From a virus (Duplodnaviria > Caudoviricetes): a stretch of 35,478 nt of DNA. Every line of letters begins with the position of its first letter. Within the stretch, counting starts at the first letter, position 1. The stretch is taken from the IMG/VR virus record IMGVR_UViG_3300027518_000022, positions 1 to 35,478 of that record; one strand, given 5' to 3'. This document shows positions 8,412 through 17,991 of the stretch, in pieces. The position numbers were made by a program, and so were the translations under genes. The notes below the pieces were generated by a model. It was not told the origin of the DNA. It ran no database searches and saw only the letters and a program-made list of their open reading frames with translations.

Positions 8412-8417
8412 AAGCCC

Positions 8418-8585
8418 ATGACCAACACCAATCAACGCAAGCAAGCCCTCCGCCACGACATCATGAACGTCATCAAGGCCAATGGCCTCGAGGTCACTGG
8501 AGACTTCTGGTTCATGCTGATCTTCCGCACTGAATCCGAACTCAAGAAAATCGCTCGGGAACTCCACATCAAAGCCGCCTGCTAA
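8418..8585 (+). CDS. Small hypothetical protein (55 aa)
   Basis: Own translation MTNTNQRKQALRHDIMNVIKANGLEVTGDFWFMLIFRTESELKKIARELHIKAAC*; below the ORF track cut-off. Confidence 0.7.
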   Translation: MTNTNQRKQALRHDIMNVIKANGLEVTGDFWFMLIFRTESELKKIARELHIKAAC

Positions 8586-8591
8586 AGCAGT

Positions 8592-8792
8592 ATGACCCCC
8601 ACCGAATACAAAACACTCCGCGAAAAGCTCGCCCTTACACAGGGCGGGCTTGCCTCGCGTTTAGGTGTGACGCGCAAGACCATCAACGCACGCGAAACTG
8701 GAGCCGTCCGCATCAGCGAAGAAGCGGCGCTAGCCCTTGAGGCGCTGGCCTTTATGGAGCTGAAACCGGCATCGCAACCTGCTTGCCAATAG
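8592..8792 (+). CDS. XRE-family helix-turn-helix regulator
   Basis: MTPTEYKTLREKLALTQGGLASRLGVTRKTINARETG is a typical Cro/C1 HTH. Confidence 0.85.
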   Translation: MTPTEYKTLREKLALTQGGLASRLGVTRKTINARETGAVRISEEAALALEALAFMELKPASQPACQ

Positions 8793-10197
8793 TCGTCGGA
8801 AGCCCTGCCGCCTCCAGCTTGGCATTGTCGGCCTCGTTCTCGGCGATGATCTTGTCGATGCTCAAGCCCCGATCCTTGGCCGCACGTTCGCGAGAGTTAA
8901 GGGACAGAGCGATTTCCCGCTCGATGGCCTCGATGTCGCCAACAGGATCAACCCAAGTCCAAGTCCTGCCGGAAAACTCAACGTGAGAGAGGCGGTCAAA
9001 GTCGAGGAGCGTATACCCCTCGATTTTCCCCATCATCAGCGCCATGCGGAGCCAACGCTCGAAAAGCGGAATCTCGAAAGTGTCGATGAACCACGAATGG
9101 AGAATCTTGTAGATGTCACGCTCTGACAGGACGCCCTGCCGGATGGAGGAATACGACACCCCTTCCAAATCTTGTGCCCATGTGTTGTAATTAACGTAGA
9201 TGCCTGGGCTGACTCCGCGCAGAATGGCCTTGCGGAAATCAGGCATCGCACTATTCGGATGCGCTGGGTCAATCATCTGGGCCTCGACGCCATGCGGGAG
9301 CGTCTCAAACGTGCCTGGTGCAGAGGGCGCAATGGCCTTGCCGTCGTCGTCCTCGTCGCCAGTATATTGCGCCTCGCCAGTTTGCTTGAAAAAGCCAAGC
9401 TTGTTGGCGCTGATTCGCGCGGCGATAACCTCGGCCTCTTCAAACTTCGCAAGATGCCGAAGTCGAAGGAGGGCGTTGGCGAGCCAAGAATAGCCCTGAC
9501 TCTGGTTGATGCGTCGAGCCAAGAACGTATGGATCATGTTCTCTCCCGGCACTTGAAACGTCTCGCGCGTGTACCTGCCGCTTTTCGGGTCCATTTTCCG
9601 CAGGTGGTATTTCACCGGCTCGTCCCATTCGTCAAACTCGACGCCCATGTAAATACGGGCGGCATCATTCCGGTGGTGCGGATCCAACGCGTCGATCTCG
9701 ATCCCCTGCGCGGCAAAGCGAAACTCGTTTTTAGGAAAGCCATCGACGGTCCTCGTCAAAAAACCGCCATCGCGAACCGCAGACCGGAGCGCGAGACGCT
9801 CGAAAGCCGCCCTCGAAAACTGCCGCGTTACATCGAAATTCCCACGCCTAGAAAAGTCCTCCCACGCCATCTCAACCTTGGACCGCGCATCATTGTCGGC
9901 GCTATTGGAAAGCCCCTTTTTACTCCGCGCATCTGCTCGACGAGCGAGCGATTTCATTCGGATGCCATGCTGGCCGATCACGTTGGACTCCAAGGCCATC
10001 AAGGCGCCCTCGATATAGCCATCGTTGCGCTCAGAATCACGCGCACGGTCTCGCAAGGACTTCGCGTCCTGCTTGATCGCATTGTCCGCTGGGCCTGTCC
10101 CGGCAACCCAGTCGTTGGTGTATCGAGTGCCTTTGGCCGCGTCAAAATTACGCGTGCGGATGGGCTTGTTATTGGGACCGTAGAGTAATGGTTTCAT
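8752..10197 (-). CDS. Portal protein, lambda family
   Basis: LRDRARDSERND, NVIGQHGI, GVEFDEWDEPVKYH, QSQGYSWLA, DLEGVSYSSIRQG, WTWVDP motifs. Confidence 0.92.
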   Translation of the reverse strand: MKPLLYGPNNKPIRTRNFDAAKGTRYTNDWVAGTGPADNAIKQDAKSLRDRARDSERNDGYIEGALMALESNVIGQHGIRMKSLARRADARSKKGLSNSADNDARSKVEMAWEDFSRRGNFDVTRQFSRAAFERLALRSAVRDGGFLTRTVDGFPKNEFRFAAQGIEIDALDPHHRNDAARIYMGVEFDEWDEPVKYHLRKMDPKSGRYTRETFQVPGENMIHTFLARRINQSQGYSWLANALLRLRHLAKFEEAEVIAARISANKLGFFKQTGEAQYTGDEDDDGKAIAPSAPGTFETLPHGVEAQMIDPAHPNSAMPDFRKAILRGVSPGIYVNYNTWAQDLEGVSYSSIRQGVLSERDIYKILHSWFIDTFEIPLFERWLRMALMMGKIEGYTLLDFDRLSHVEFSGRTWTWVDPVGDIEAIEREIALSLNSRERAAKDRGLSIDKIIAENEADNAKLEAAGLPTTIGKQVAMPVSAP

Positions 10198-10730
10198 TCA
10201 AAGCGGGAGTAAATGGTTCGACCGTTGGAAAGGCCAGCGTCTGCGCGAGCCTTGGCGATCTCAGTGTCGAGGTCGCGGCGGTATTTGGTCAAAAGCTCGC
10301 GAGCATCCATTAGGGAAATCTTGGTGATCGGCACGCCGCCCACGGTATACGTTTCCAGCCCTCGGCCCTCGTCGTCGCTGATTCGGCCTTCTAGGTGAGC
10401 TTCCAAAGCTCGGACCATCTTCCGCGCATGACTCGGCAGAGGGGCGCGATCTGGGGGCGCTTGCAGTGTGATATTGCCAATAGACTCGACAGACCGAATC
10501 CCGGACACCTCGAGCGTCAGTGCAACGACGTAGATTCCTGCGGGCAGGTTGGCTGTCTTTTCGGGCGCGTAGGTCGCGGTGGCCGTCGTCCCTGAGACTG
10601 ACAGAGCAACGGTCACGACCTCGCCCGTGTCGATGCTGCGGAAATGAGCGGAGCCTGTAGCGCCTGACGATACAGTTGCGGAAAACTCAATAGATTCGCC
10701 GCAGAAGGCGCGTGAAGGAAGGGAGGCCAT
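10194..10730 (-). CDS. Head completion/adaptor protein (gpW-like C-terminus)
   Basis: Lies between TerL and portal; ETYTVGGVPITKISLMDARELLTKYRRD. Confidence 0.65.
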   Translation of the reverse strand: MASLPSRAFCGESIEFSATVSSGATGSAHFRSIDTGEVVTVALSVSGTTATATYAPEKTANLPAGIYVVALTLEVSGIRSVESIGNITLQAPPDRAPLPSHARKMVRALEAHLEGRISDDEGRGLETYTVGGVPITKISLMDARELLTKYRRDLDTEIAKARADAGLSNGRTIYSRFE

Positions 10731-10764
10731 GTCGATGCATCAACAAAACAAAGCCCGATTTCAA
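10731..10764 (-). promoter_or_regulatory. Putative late promoter motif (gpW-portal)
   Basis: Minus strand: TTG at 10764, TGTTTTGTTG at 10750, ATG at 10730. Confidence 0.7.
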
Positions 10765-10775
10765 GGCGCTTTTGC

Positions 10776-12659
10776 CTATTCCCCTACGAAATCCAGCTTA
10801 TATTCGCGCTCTTTGCCTCGATCTGGTTCGTTTTTAGCCGCATATTCGGCATACTTTTTGGCAATTTTCCCGAAGGCAATGTCGAGCTTCTTAGCGGCGG
10901 CGATGTTGTAAACGCGAACGTCGAGCGGCTCATTGCGGTCGCGCTTGTCTTTCTTGTCGAAGAACTCGTAAAAGCTGCCGTCCTGTCCCTTCTTTAGCGT
11001 GACTTCCTCGATCAAAAGCCGCTGGAAATACTCGACAGTATAACCGTGTCCGCTCGGGAAGTGCATGTAGTTATGTGGAAACTCAGAGCTTCGCTTGTCG
11101 TATCGAAGCGCCGCGTTCTGGTAGATCATCGACTTGCATTCGTGCGTGCCAATCTCGTGGAACGTTCCGCGCTTCTCCCTTTTTGGAGGTGAAACAATGG
11201 GCTTTCCAAGCACAGTCGAGCCGAAGATCGCAAAGACGCCTCGGGCCTGTCTCGGAACCGTAAACGAAAGCACCTGGGCCTGCCGGTATTTCGAGTCGAT
11301 GAACACCGAAGCAGCGCGGAGAACTTTCCCGCATGGGTGCAGGAACTCAGATTGAAGCACCACATCAAGCTTTTGCCACACCTCTGGCTCCATCGTGGAT
11401 CCGCTGAGAACATGGTAGCCAAGCCCCCAGGTTTGCCCGTTGCAGCCGTGACCAACAAACTCAAACTCCAAACGGTCGCCTTGAACGTCGCAGCCGCCAG
11501 TGACGACCAGCACGCCAGCCGGGATTTTGAGCTGGTTTTCTGTCACGCGCTCCAGATAATCGTAAGCTTCCTGAGCAAGGCCGACAGGATCCGGCTTTTC
11601 TTCCTCGGGCGCTTGGTAGGTCTCGGCATCAAAGGTATTTATCAAGACCCGCTTGGCCTTCTCGCGATTGTCTGCCGCCTCGATTTTAAGCTCCTCGACC
11701 GCAGCCCAATGGAGGTGACTCGCGAAGCCCTTCTGCGGCGGATGCGGCGACATCATCCGGCTACCGTGGAAGCCAGCGATGCCGTTAAATGGCCGCGTGG
11801 CCTGCCATCTGCCGTTCCGAATCATCTCCATGCGCTCGGCGTCAGAGATTCGACACTCGCTCTCGGGGCATTCGATCCACGCGTTCTCGGGCGTGTCTCG
11901 ATCATAGCGGAGCTGGCGGCGATGTAGCACAAATTCCTTGCCGCAATGGGGGCAGGGCGCGATCCAGACCCGCCAATCGCTCTGGAGCATCAGCGCCTCG
12001 ATTTTGCTTTTGCCTTTGACGCTCGGATACGACGCCGCAATCTTGATTGTATCGGAATACTCAGAGCCTCGGACCCAGAAGATTTCAAGCGGGTCGCCTT
12101 CGTCGCTCTCAGTCGATTCGATGGCGTCGATCTCGTCGGCGAAAAGGAAATTCCCCTTGGCCCGTCGCATCTCACCTGGTGCATTGCTCCCGAAAGCGTT
12201 CACCAATCCACCAGGGAAAAGCTTATGCAGGATCGTGTTGCCGCTTTTCCGCCGTCCAGAATCGTCGCCGATCAACGTGGCGAGATCCGGCGTCGGATTG
12301 ACCAGCTCTCCCATCAACGTCTCCTTGGACCATTTCTCCGTTTGCGAGATTGTCGGATACATCACAAGGACGCGACGAGGCGCCTCCGCGATGCTGTGGC
12401 CGATCTGGTTCATCACGACCTCCGTTTTCCCCATCCGCGAGGCGAGCATGTAAACCGTCATCTGGACGCGCGGATCGTAGGGCGCTTCCATCATCTCTCG
12501 CTGATACGGCGCAAAGTCGAAGCGGAACCTTCTTCCGCCTTCCATGCGCCGGATCTTCTCGGACCATTCCGGCGCGGTCATCGTGCGCTGGAAACGAAAA
12601 GCCCGCTCTAGATGCCGTCGAGTCCCTCGGTAATACCGATCAAGTGCCGCCTCACTCAT
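10776..12659 (-). CDS. Terminase large subunit (lambda GpA family)
   Basis: PYQREMM, Walker A SRMGKT, Walker B FADEID, CPHC zinc motif, GCDVQGDRLE, FIDS, RNEPLD. Confidence 0.95.
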   Translation of the reverse strand: MSEAALDRYYRGTRRHLERAFRFQRTMTAPEWSEKIRRMEGGRRFRFDFAPYQREMMEAPYDPRVQMTVYMLASRMGKTEVVMNQIGHSIAEAPRRVLVMYPTISQTEKWSKETLMGELVNPTPDLATLIGDDSGRRKSGNTILHKLFPGGLVNAFGSNAPGEMRRAKGNFLFADEIDAIESTESDEGDPLEIFWVRGSEYSDTIKIAASYPSVKGKSKIEALMLQSDWRVWIAPCPHCGKEFVLHRRQLRYDRDTPENAWIECPESECRISDAERMEMIRNGRWQATRPFNGIAGFHGSRMMSPHPPQKGFASHLHWAAVEELKIEAADNREKAKRVLINTFDAETYQAPEEEKPDPVGLAQEAYDYLERVTENQLKIPAGVLVVTGGCDVQGDRLEFEFVGHGCNGQTWGLGYHVLSGSTMEPEVWQKLDVVLQSEFLHPCGKVLRAASVFIDSKYRQAQVLSFTVPRQARGVFAIFGSTVLGKPIVSPPKREKRGTFHEIGTHECKSMIYQNAALRYDKRSSEFPHNYMHFPSGHGYTVEYFQRLLIEEVTLKKGQDGSFYEFFDKKDKRDRNEPLDVRVYNIAAAKKLDIAFGKIAKKYAEYAAKNEPDRGKEREYKLDFVGE

Positions 12660-12667
12660 TGTGATAC

Positions 12668-13639
12668 CTAAACAGGTTGCCCGTGGCTCAACAATACCGG
12701 AGCCAACGTCACCATTTGCGAAAATTGCGTCTCTGTCCCACGCGAGAAGGTCAAGACAGCCGAAACTGGAAGCGCCACGCTGGCCGCATCCAGCAACCGC
12801 AGAACCTTGGAAGTGTCGAGAGTCATAGTGACGCCGATTGGGCCAATAAACGTTTCCGAAACGGTAATGGCTGGATTCACTCCGACCGCAGTGCGCTTCA
12901 GTTCAATCTTAATCGTCTCTCCGGTGGCATCTCGCGCTACAAGAAACTCTCCCGGCTCGATGTCCTCCAGTGCCGTTTCGAGCTGATAGGTGGACACGTT
13001 GGCCGAAAGCCACATCGTGCCGGTATCGGTCGCGGTTCTAATTTGAAACTTGCCAGCATCCGGCAACCTTGAGATCGTGATGCGGTCATTCTGCGCCACG
13101 CTCACGCTCCCGGTCGCCACGTTTGCCACAGTGACAGCCGCCTCGCTAATGTTGGACGCGCTAGTCACCGCGACCAGAGTTTGCAGCGTCAGGTCAATCT
13201 CGACCGTCTCGACGTTGGAAGCACCTCCTGCGATCAGCGTGAGGGCGCGATTGGTCATCGTTCCAAAGGCCGAATGGGCAATCGTGAAGTCTGCTCTCGC
13301 TCCATTGCTGCGGAAAGTGACGGTAAAAAGGCCATCTTTTCCCGTCACATCCACACCGCCAGCGGAAACGATGGCAGAAAGTCGATTTAAGGCGAGGCCC
13401 AGCAAATGAGCGTCAATCCCGACTGCGGGAAGCTCGACTGTGGATCCGCCCCATGTGATCGACCAATCGCCAGACGCAATCGGCACGGGCTTGTCGAGCG
13501 CAAGGGACAGGCTCAGTGTGTCACTGCTACTAATCTCCAAATGATCCGCGATCAGCTCGACGCTCAGGCTGTCGCCGGGGCGAATCGCATCAGGCAATCC
13601 CCGCACCTGTCCTTTGTCGTCGTAGCGCAATTTCAACAT
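12668..13639 (-). CDS. Putative virion structural protein
   Basis: Beta-rich with a repeated unit (GDWSITWGG / GKFQIRT). Start moved to MLKLRY (13639) because the promoter motif sits 35 nt upstream. Confidence 0.6.
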   Translation of the reverse strand: MLKLRYDDKGQVRGLPDAIRPGDSLSVELIADHLEISSSDTLSLSLALDKPVPIASGDWSITWGGSTVELPAVGIDAHLLGLALNRLSAIVSAGGVDVTGKDGLFTVTFRSNGARADFTIAHSAFGTMTNRALTLIAGGASNVETVEIDLTLQTLVAVTSASNISEAAVTVANVATGSVSVAQNDRITISRLPDAGKFQIRTATDTGTMWLSANVSTYQLETALEDIEPGEFLVARDATGETIKIELKRTAVGVNPAITVSETFIGPIGVTMTLDTSKVLRLLDAASVALPVSAVLTFSRGTETQFSQMVTLAPVLLSHGQPV

Positions 13640-13709
13640 GCCGGACGCCTCCACAAAACAAGCGGCAAAATCAAGTTGAAAATCCCTGTCGTTTTGTTGA
13701 CTCATCGTC
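13640..13709. promoter_or_regulatory. Back-to-back divergent late promoter pair
   Basis: CAA-G-TTG at 13672-13678; minus motif TGTTTTGTGG at 13660 (ATG 13639); plus motif CGTTTTGTTG at 13690 (ATG 13710). Confidence 0.75.
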
Positions 13710-15749
13710 ATGCCTGACTCTCCCGTCATTTCCGGCGTTGCCGATCTGCCTAAATTCTATTTTGCAGAGGGCGCACCTTTCCGACTGACGCTTACAATTG
13801 GCGCAGAATTTTCGATGACGGGGAAATTCGTCACCTTCGGAATGAGGGCGCGTTCCGGCACGGTCAGACGCGTTTTCGGAACTGATTCCGGCGAAGCCAA
13901 TTTGACCATCGCAGGGCAGGTCATTACGCTCAACATCGCGACAACCGACGCAACCGTCCCGGCCTTTGCTTCCGGCTGGACCTTGGAAGATGTCCAAGCA
14001 AAAGGCGAGACTGAATACTGGGTGGACATCTCCGCGACCGAAGGCAGCGACGTTTTGTTGCGTCTTCAAGGCCAAGCCGATTGGGTGGCGCCCGGATCTG
14101 ACATCGCGGAATCTTCTGCCGTTGTTTCATCGCCAGCCATTGATGTAAACATCACCAGCGGTGCGGTATCGGCATCGGTGGCAGTCCTCGGCGCTGCGGA
14201 ACCGACGCTTACCACCAACACCGCAACCAGTGGTTTAACGGGCATTCTCAAGGCCGCAAGCAATACGCTCGACGTTGCTGTTGCCGGGACTGATTACGTT
14301 GCAACCAACGATTCACGACTGACCGACGCAAGGACGCCCACAAGCCACGTTCATGGGGGCATTTCCAACGCTGGCGCAATCGGCTCGACCTCGGGCCTGC
14401 CGATCAAGACCGGAACCAGCGGAGTCCTTGAGGTAGGGGCATTCGGAACTTCAGCGGGTCAATTCGCCCAAGGCAACGATGCGCGATTCCATGATCGCTC
14501 GCACGCGATGACCTCGACGAGCGATCACACTGCCGGGAACTGGAAGGTTTTTCACTCAAACGGTAGCGGACAGCTTGTCGAGCTTGCCCTTGGAGCGGAT
14601 GGGACTTACCTAAAAAGCAATGGCGCATCTGCTGCGCCTTCCTTCGCGACTCCTGCGGGAGGTGGATCGTCCATCACCGGAACGGGCATTGCCTATGTGC
14701 GGTCTGGTGGCAACGACACGACAGGCACGATCGGAAACCCGTCCTTGCCCTACCTGACCGCCCAGGCGGCGTGGGATGCGGGGGCAAGGAATCTGGAGCT
14801 TGGGGGTGGCAGTTACACCGTGACCCATTATTCAACATCCGACGGGAGCGGACAAGAAACAGTTCGCGTTCGTGGGATCGGTAAAGACTCAACAAGCCTC
14901 ACAATCAACTGGTCAGGAACTCCTGCCACTGAAGAAAGCCCCGTGGGAAAAACTCCAGTAAAGCTCATATTGATCAGCGATCACTCCGTTGCCTTTACGC
15001 TGACTTTGACTGGTGGAGACGCTCACTCTGGAGACAACAACGGTGGATCATCCCCTGTGTTTGATCTCCAGCATTGTTACATTGCGGCGTTTTCTTCAAA
15101 TGGGGGAAATAACAGCGGGTCAGGAACCTATGGGACCATCAGCGGCGGAATCACGCGCTGGTGTGAAAAGGAATCAGCGTTCTCTGCCGTAACCGTGGAT
15201 TATTATGCTACCCTTGAAGCGGGTTTTTTAAAGGGAGGTTTGATTGCTTCAAACGTCACCTACGGTGGATCTGATGTAGAGGGTGCTCTAGATTCTCTTA
15301 CGGCTCGCGTTGCGCAAGAGACATACATGCGGACAAGTGATTTCACCAGCTCCAGCGCAGTGGTGAGCAATGTGACAGGGCTGGCTTGCTCAGTCGCTGC
15401 CAATGAAAAACTCTTGATCGAAATCGTCGGTTTCCATGCCGGGGGAGCATCTGGCGACGGCTTACGAATTTGTTTTACAGGCCCAGAAAGCCCCACGCAC
15501 GTTCGATACTCATTCACTCACTTTACGACGACAGCCGCGTTGAGAACTGACGCTCCCGCTACGGCGTTTGGAACTGATGTGGTAGATACTTCAGGGACCA
15601 ACATCTCTCTTCCATTTACTGTTACGTTAACGCTAATCAACGGCTCAAACCCAGGCACCATTCAATTCAAAGCCGGGGCCGAAACTACTACTACAACGTC
15701 AACCACGATCTCAAAAGGTTGCACCATGCGCGTGCATCGAATTCCTTGA
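13710..15749 (+). CDS. Tail fibre / receptor-binding protein 1
   Basis: 679 aa, Gly/Ser/Thr-rich, with fibre-type motifs AVAGTDY, NDSRLTDARTPTSHVHG and LKSNGASAAPSF. Confidence 0.75.
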   Translation: MPDSPVISGVADLPKFYFAEGAPFRLTLTIGAEFSMTGKFVTFGMRARSGTVRRVFGTDSGEANLTIAGQVITLNIATTDATVPAFASGWTLEDVQAKGETEYWVDISATEGSDVLLRLQGQADWVAPGSDIAESSAVVSSPAIDVNITSGAVSASVAVLGAAEPTLTTNTATSGLTGILKAASNTLDVAVAGTDYVATNDSRLTDARTPTSHVHGGISNAGAIGSTSGLPIKTGTSGVLEVGAFGTSAGQFAQGNDARFHDRSHAMTSTSDHTAGNWKVFHSNGSGQLVELALGADGTYLKSNGASAAPSFATPAGGGSSITGTGIAYVRSGGNDTTGTIGNPSLPYLTAQAAWDAGARNLELGGGSYTVTHYSTSDGSGQETVRVRGIGKDSTSLTINWSGTPATEESPVGKTPVKLILISDHSVAFTLTLTGGDAHSGDNNGGSSPVFDLQHCYIAAFSSNGGNNSGSGTYGTISGGITRWCEKESAFSAVTVDYYATLEAGFLKGGLIASNVTYGGSDVEGALDSLTARVAQETYMRTSDFTSSSAVVSNVTGLACSVAANEKLLIEIVGFHAGGASGDGLRICFTGPESPTHVRYSFTHFTTTAALRTDAPATAFGTDVVDTSGTNISLPFTVTLTLINGSNPGTIQFKAGAETTTTTSTTISKGCTMRVHRIP

Positions 15750-15752
15750 CCT

Positions 15753-16169
15753 ATGATCTCGATCCATGACATTCTTGCCCATGCCTTCCCAGACCGTGGA
15801 GGTTGGACCGTAGACGGTGAAATCATCACCGCAGGAGACGGTGGAATTGTCCCAACGATGGAGGAAATTGAGGCTCATCGCCCCTCCGCTGAAGCCGCCG
15901 CTGCCGAGCAGTTGGCAAATATTCAATCTAGGGCAAATGGCCGCGCAGCTTTGCGAGCCGCATGGGAAGCTCTCCCCGCCTACATTCGCGGACCATTCCG
16001 AGAAAAGTTTGAGGTGGCCAACACGCTCCTCGACGAAGGCGATGACGAGGCTGCAATCGCGATGATCGAATACGCGGAAGCTCCGGCTTCTTATACTCTT
16101 GAGCAAGCGACAGTCTTCGCTGCAACCAAAACGGCCATGAAGGCAGGCATTGAAAATCTATCCGCATGA
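15753..16169 (+). CDS. Putative tail fibre assembly/accessory protein
   Basis: 138 aa directly after the fibre gene; VPTMEEIEA motif. Confidence 0.5.
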   Translation: MISIHDILAHAFPDRGGWTVDGEIITAGDGGIVPTMEEIEAHRPSAEAAAAEQLANIQSRANGRAALRAAWEALPAYIRGPFREKFEVANTLLDEGDDEAAIAMIEYAEAPASYTLEQATVFAATKTAMKAGIENLSA

Positions 16170-17686
16170 AACTCTTCTTTGACCTTCGCATTGATCGGCT
16201 AGTTGCCGCACCTGGACAGGATTCTGTCATTACGGGTCTAGCCGGTAAATCGGGAGATGGAGCGACTCCGGTGCAGCTGATCTTTGGCCGCAGCTCAGAC
16301 CCGACAAGCACAAGCTCGATTGTCGAAGCTCCAACTTGGACACCGGAAAACCTTCCTGGTGGAACCGTGATCAGGATCGGTATTAAGGAAGATGGTGAAT
16401 ACAGCGACGGCACACTCCTCGCGTCCAATTCAACATGGACGCACGACGCTGGCACTTTCACCTACACCGGAACGCTCGACCTCAACACAAACGAGATCGA
16501 CACGGCGCTTAATCGCGACGATGCGAACGCCGGAAACGACGTTGCTAGCCTCGCCTGTAACTTTGAGCTGACATATCAGCCCAGTGGATCGGGCGGATGG
16601 CGCAGCTCTGTCGAGCCTGTCGAGTTTACGATTTACCATGATATTCTCGTAGGCGATGAGGCCACGCCAACCAATGCAGGAGATCCGACGCAATACCTCC
16701 TCAAGGCGAGCGGCATCGAATGGCTTCCCACCACAACAAGTCAAATCGGCGGGACTGCTGCCGATCTGGATGCAATTGCAACCGTGGGCGTGACCGTTGG
16801 AAAACTCGTCATGTTCAAAGATGCCGATTCGGCGGATTTGCTGCGAACCTATCAACTAACCGCCGGAACCGATGCCGAAAGCGCCCCTGCCGTCATCCGG
16901 CCAGATGACTACAACGCATCAACCAACGCGAAGGTTTGGAAGCAACGCCAAATTGACGGTGAGTCCCTCCTGCCGTCTACCGTGTCTCAGGCAGAGGCGG
17001 AAGCGGGAACCGCAACAACCACTAGGCTGTGGACTGCAGAGCGCGTGAAACAATCCATTTCCGCCCTTGAATCGACAAAGGGACTCGCTTCTAGCGTTGC
17101 CAACGAAGTCGTCTTATTTAACGGGACCGACGGAAGGCAATTAAAGAGGGCCACCACGACCGGCATCGCAAAGCTCACAAGCGGAGTTCTATCTGCCGCA
17201 ACCGCAGGAACTGACTACGCGAGCGCTGGAGCGATCACAGGCTCAGGCTTGACGATGGCGACCGCTCGATTGCTTGGCCGCACCACGGCAAGCACGGGAG
17301 CGCCCGAGGAGATTACGATTGGCACAAACCTGTCGATGGCGGCAGGAACTCTTTCCGCGATTGGGATTGACGGTCTGCCTCTTGGGACTATCCAGCTAAA
17401 CCTCGACACTACGCTTCTTTATGGGACGCATGACCGCTATTATATCGAAGGAGTGGGATCAATCGCAACGATAACAATTTCCGCTCAGTCTACTTCATCT
17501 TGGGCTGCAAATTCGCATTTTTGGATTGTGAACCGACGCAGTGCCGGAACCTTTACCATTGCCGCAGCTAGCGGCGTTAGCTTGATCTACTCAGGCAGCT
17601 CAGCTGGCAATATCACTCTTGATCACACAGATAGGCCCGTCCACATCTGGCGTTCCGCATCCGACGTTTGGAGGGTAATTTCCTAA
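16166..17686 (+). CDS. Tail fibre / receptor-binding protein 2
   Basis: SQAEAEAGTATTTRLWTAERVKQSI, AATAGTDY and RLLGRTTASTGAPEEITIG fibre motifs. Confidence 0.75.
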   Translation: MKLFFDLRIDRLVAAPGQDSVITGLAGKSGDGATPVQLIFGRSSDPTSTSSIVEAPTWTPENLPGGTVIRIGIKEDGEYSDGTLLASNSTWTHDAGTFTYTGTLDLNTNEIDTALNRDDANAGNDVASLACNFELTYQPSGSGGWRSSVEPVEFTIYHDILVGDEATPTNAGDPTQYLLKASGIEWLPTTTSQIGGTAADLDAIATVGVTVGKLVMFKDADSADLLRTYQLTAGTDAESAPAVIRPDDYNASTNAKVWKQRQIDGESLLPSTVSQAEAEAGTATTTRLWTAERVKQSISALESTKGLASSVANEVVLFNGTDGRQLKRATTTGIAKLTSGVLSAATAGTDYASAGAITGSGLTMATARLLGRTTASTGAPEEITIGTNLSMAAGTLSAIGIDGLPLGTIQLNLDTTLLYGTHDRYYIEGVGSIATITISAQSTSSWAANSHFWIVNRRSAGTFTIAAASGVSLIYSGSSAGNITLDHTDRPVHIWRSASDVWRVIS

Positions 17687-17688
17687 TC

Positions 17689-17991
17689 ATGAAAGACGCC
17701 GCCATGTCCCTTGCCAACGCGCTGAAGGTCAATCCGATTGTGACCGCCGCTGTTATTCTGCTCGCCGCTGCTTGCGTCACATCGTGGAGGGCTGCGGTGG
17801 CATTCACCAGGCTCAGCCGCGCCGTTGAGCAGTCATGGAGCTACAACATGGAGCGTGAAAGCTGGGACAAGTTCGCGAGGCTCAACGCTCAAATCCAGAT
17901 TCCCGACGTTGAAAAGATTCGCAAGGAGCATATTTCAGCGAGCGAAGACTCCAACGACCTTTTTGAGTTCCTCGGTCAGGCCGGGAAGTGA
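17689..17991 (+). CDS. Hypothetical membrane protein
   Basis: One hydrophobic segment (IVTAAVILLAAACVTSW). Confidence 0.55.
   Translation: MKDAAMSLANALKVNPIVTAAVILLAAACVTSWRAAVAFTRLSRAVEQSWSYNMERESWDKFARLNAQIQIPDVEKIRKEHISASEDSNDLFEFLGQAGK

Noticed and set aside
13710-17686. Diversity-generating retroelement or invertible fibre cassette
   Set aside because: No reverse transcriptase or invertase ORF, and no template/variable repeat pair seen.
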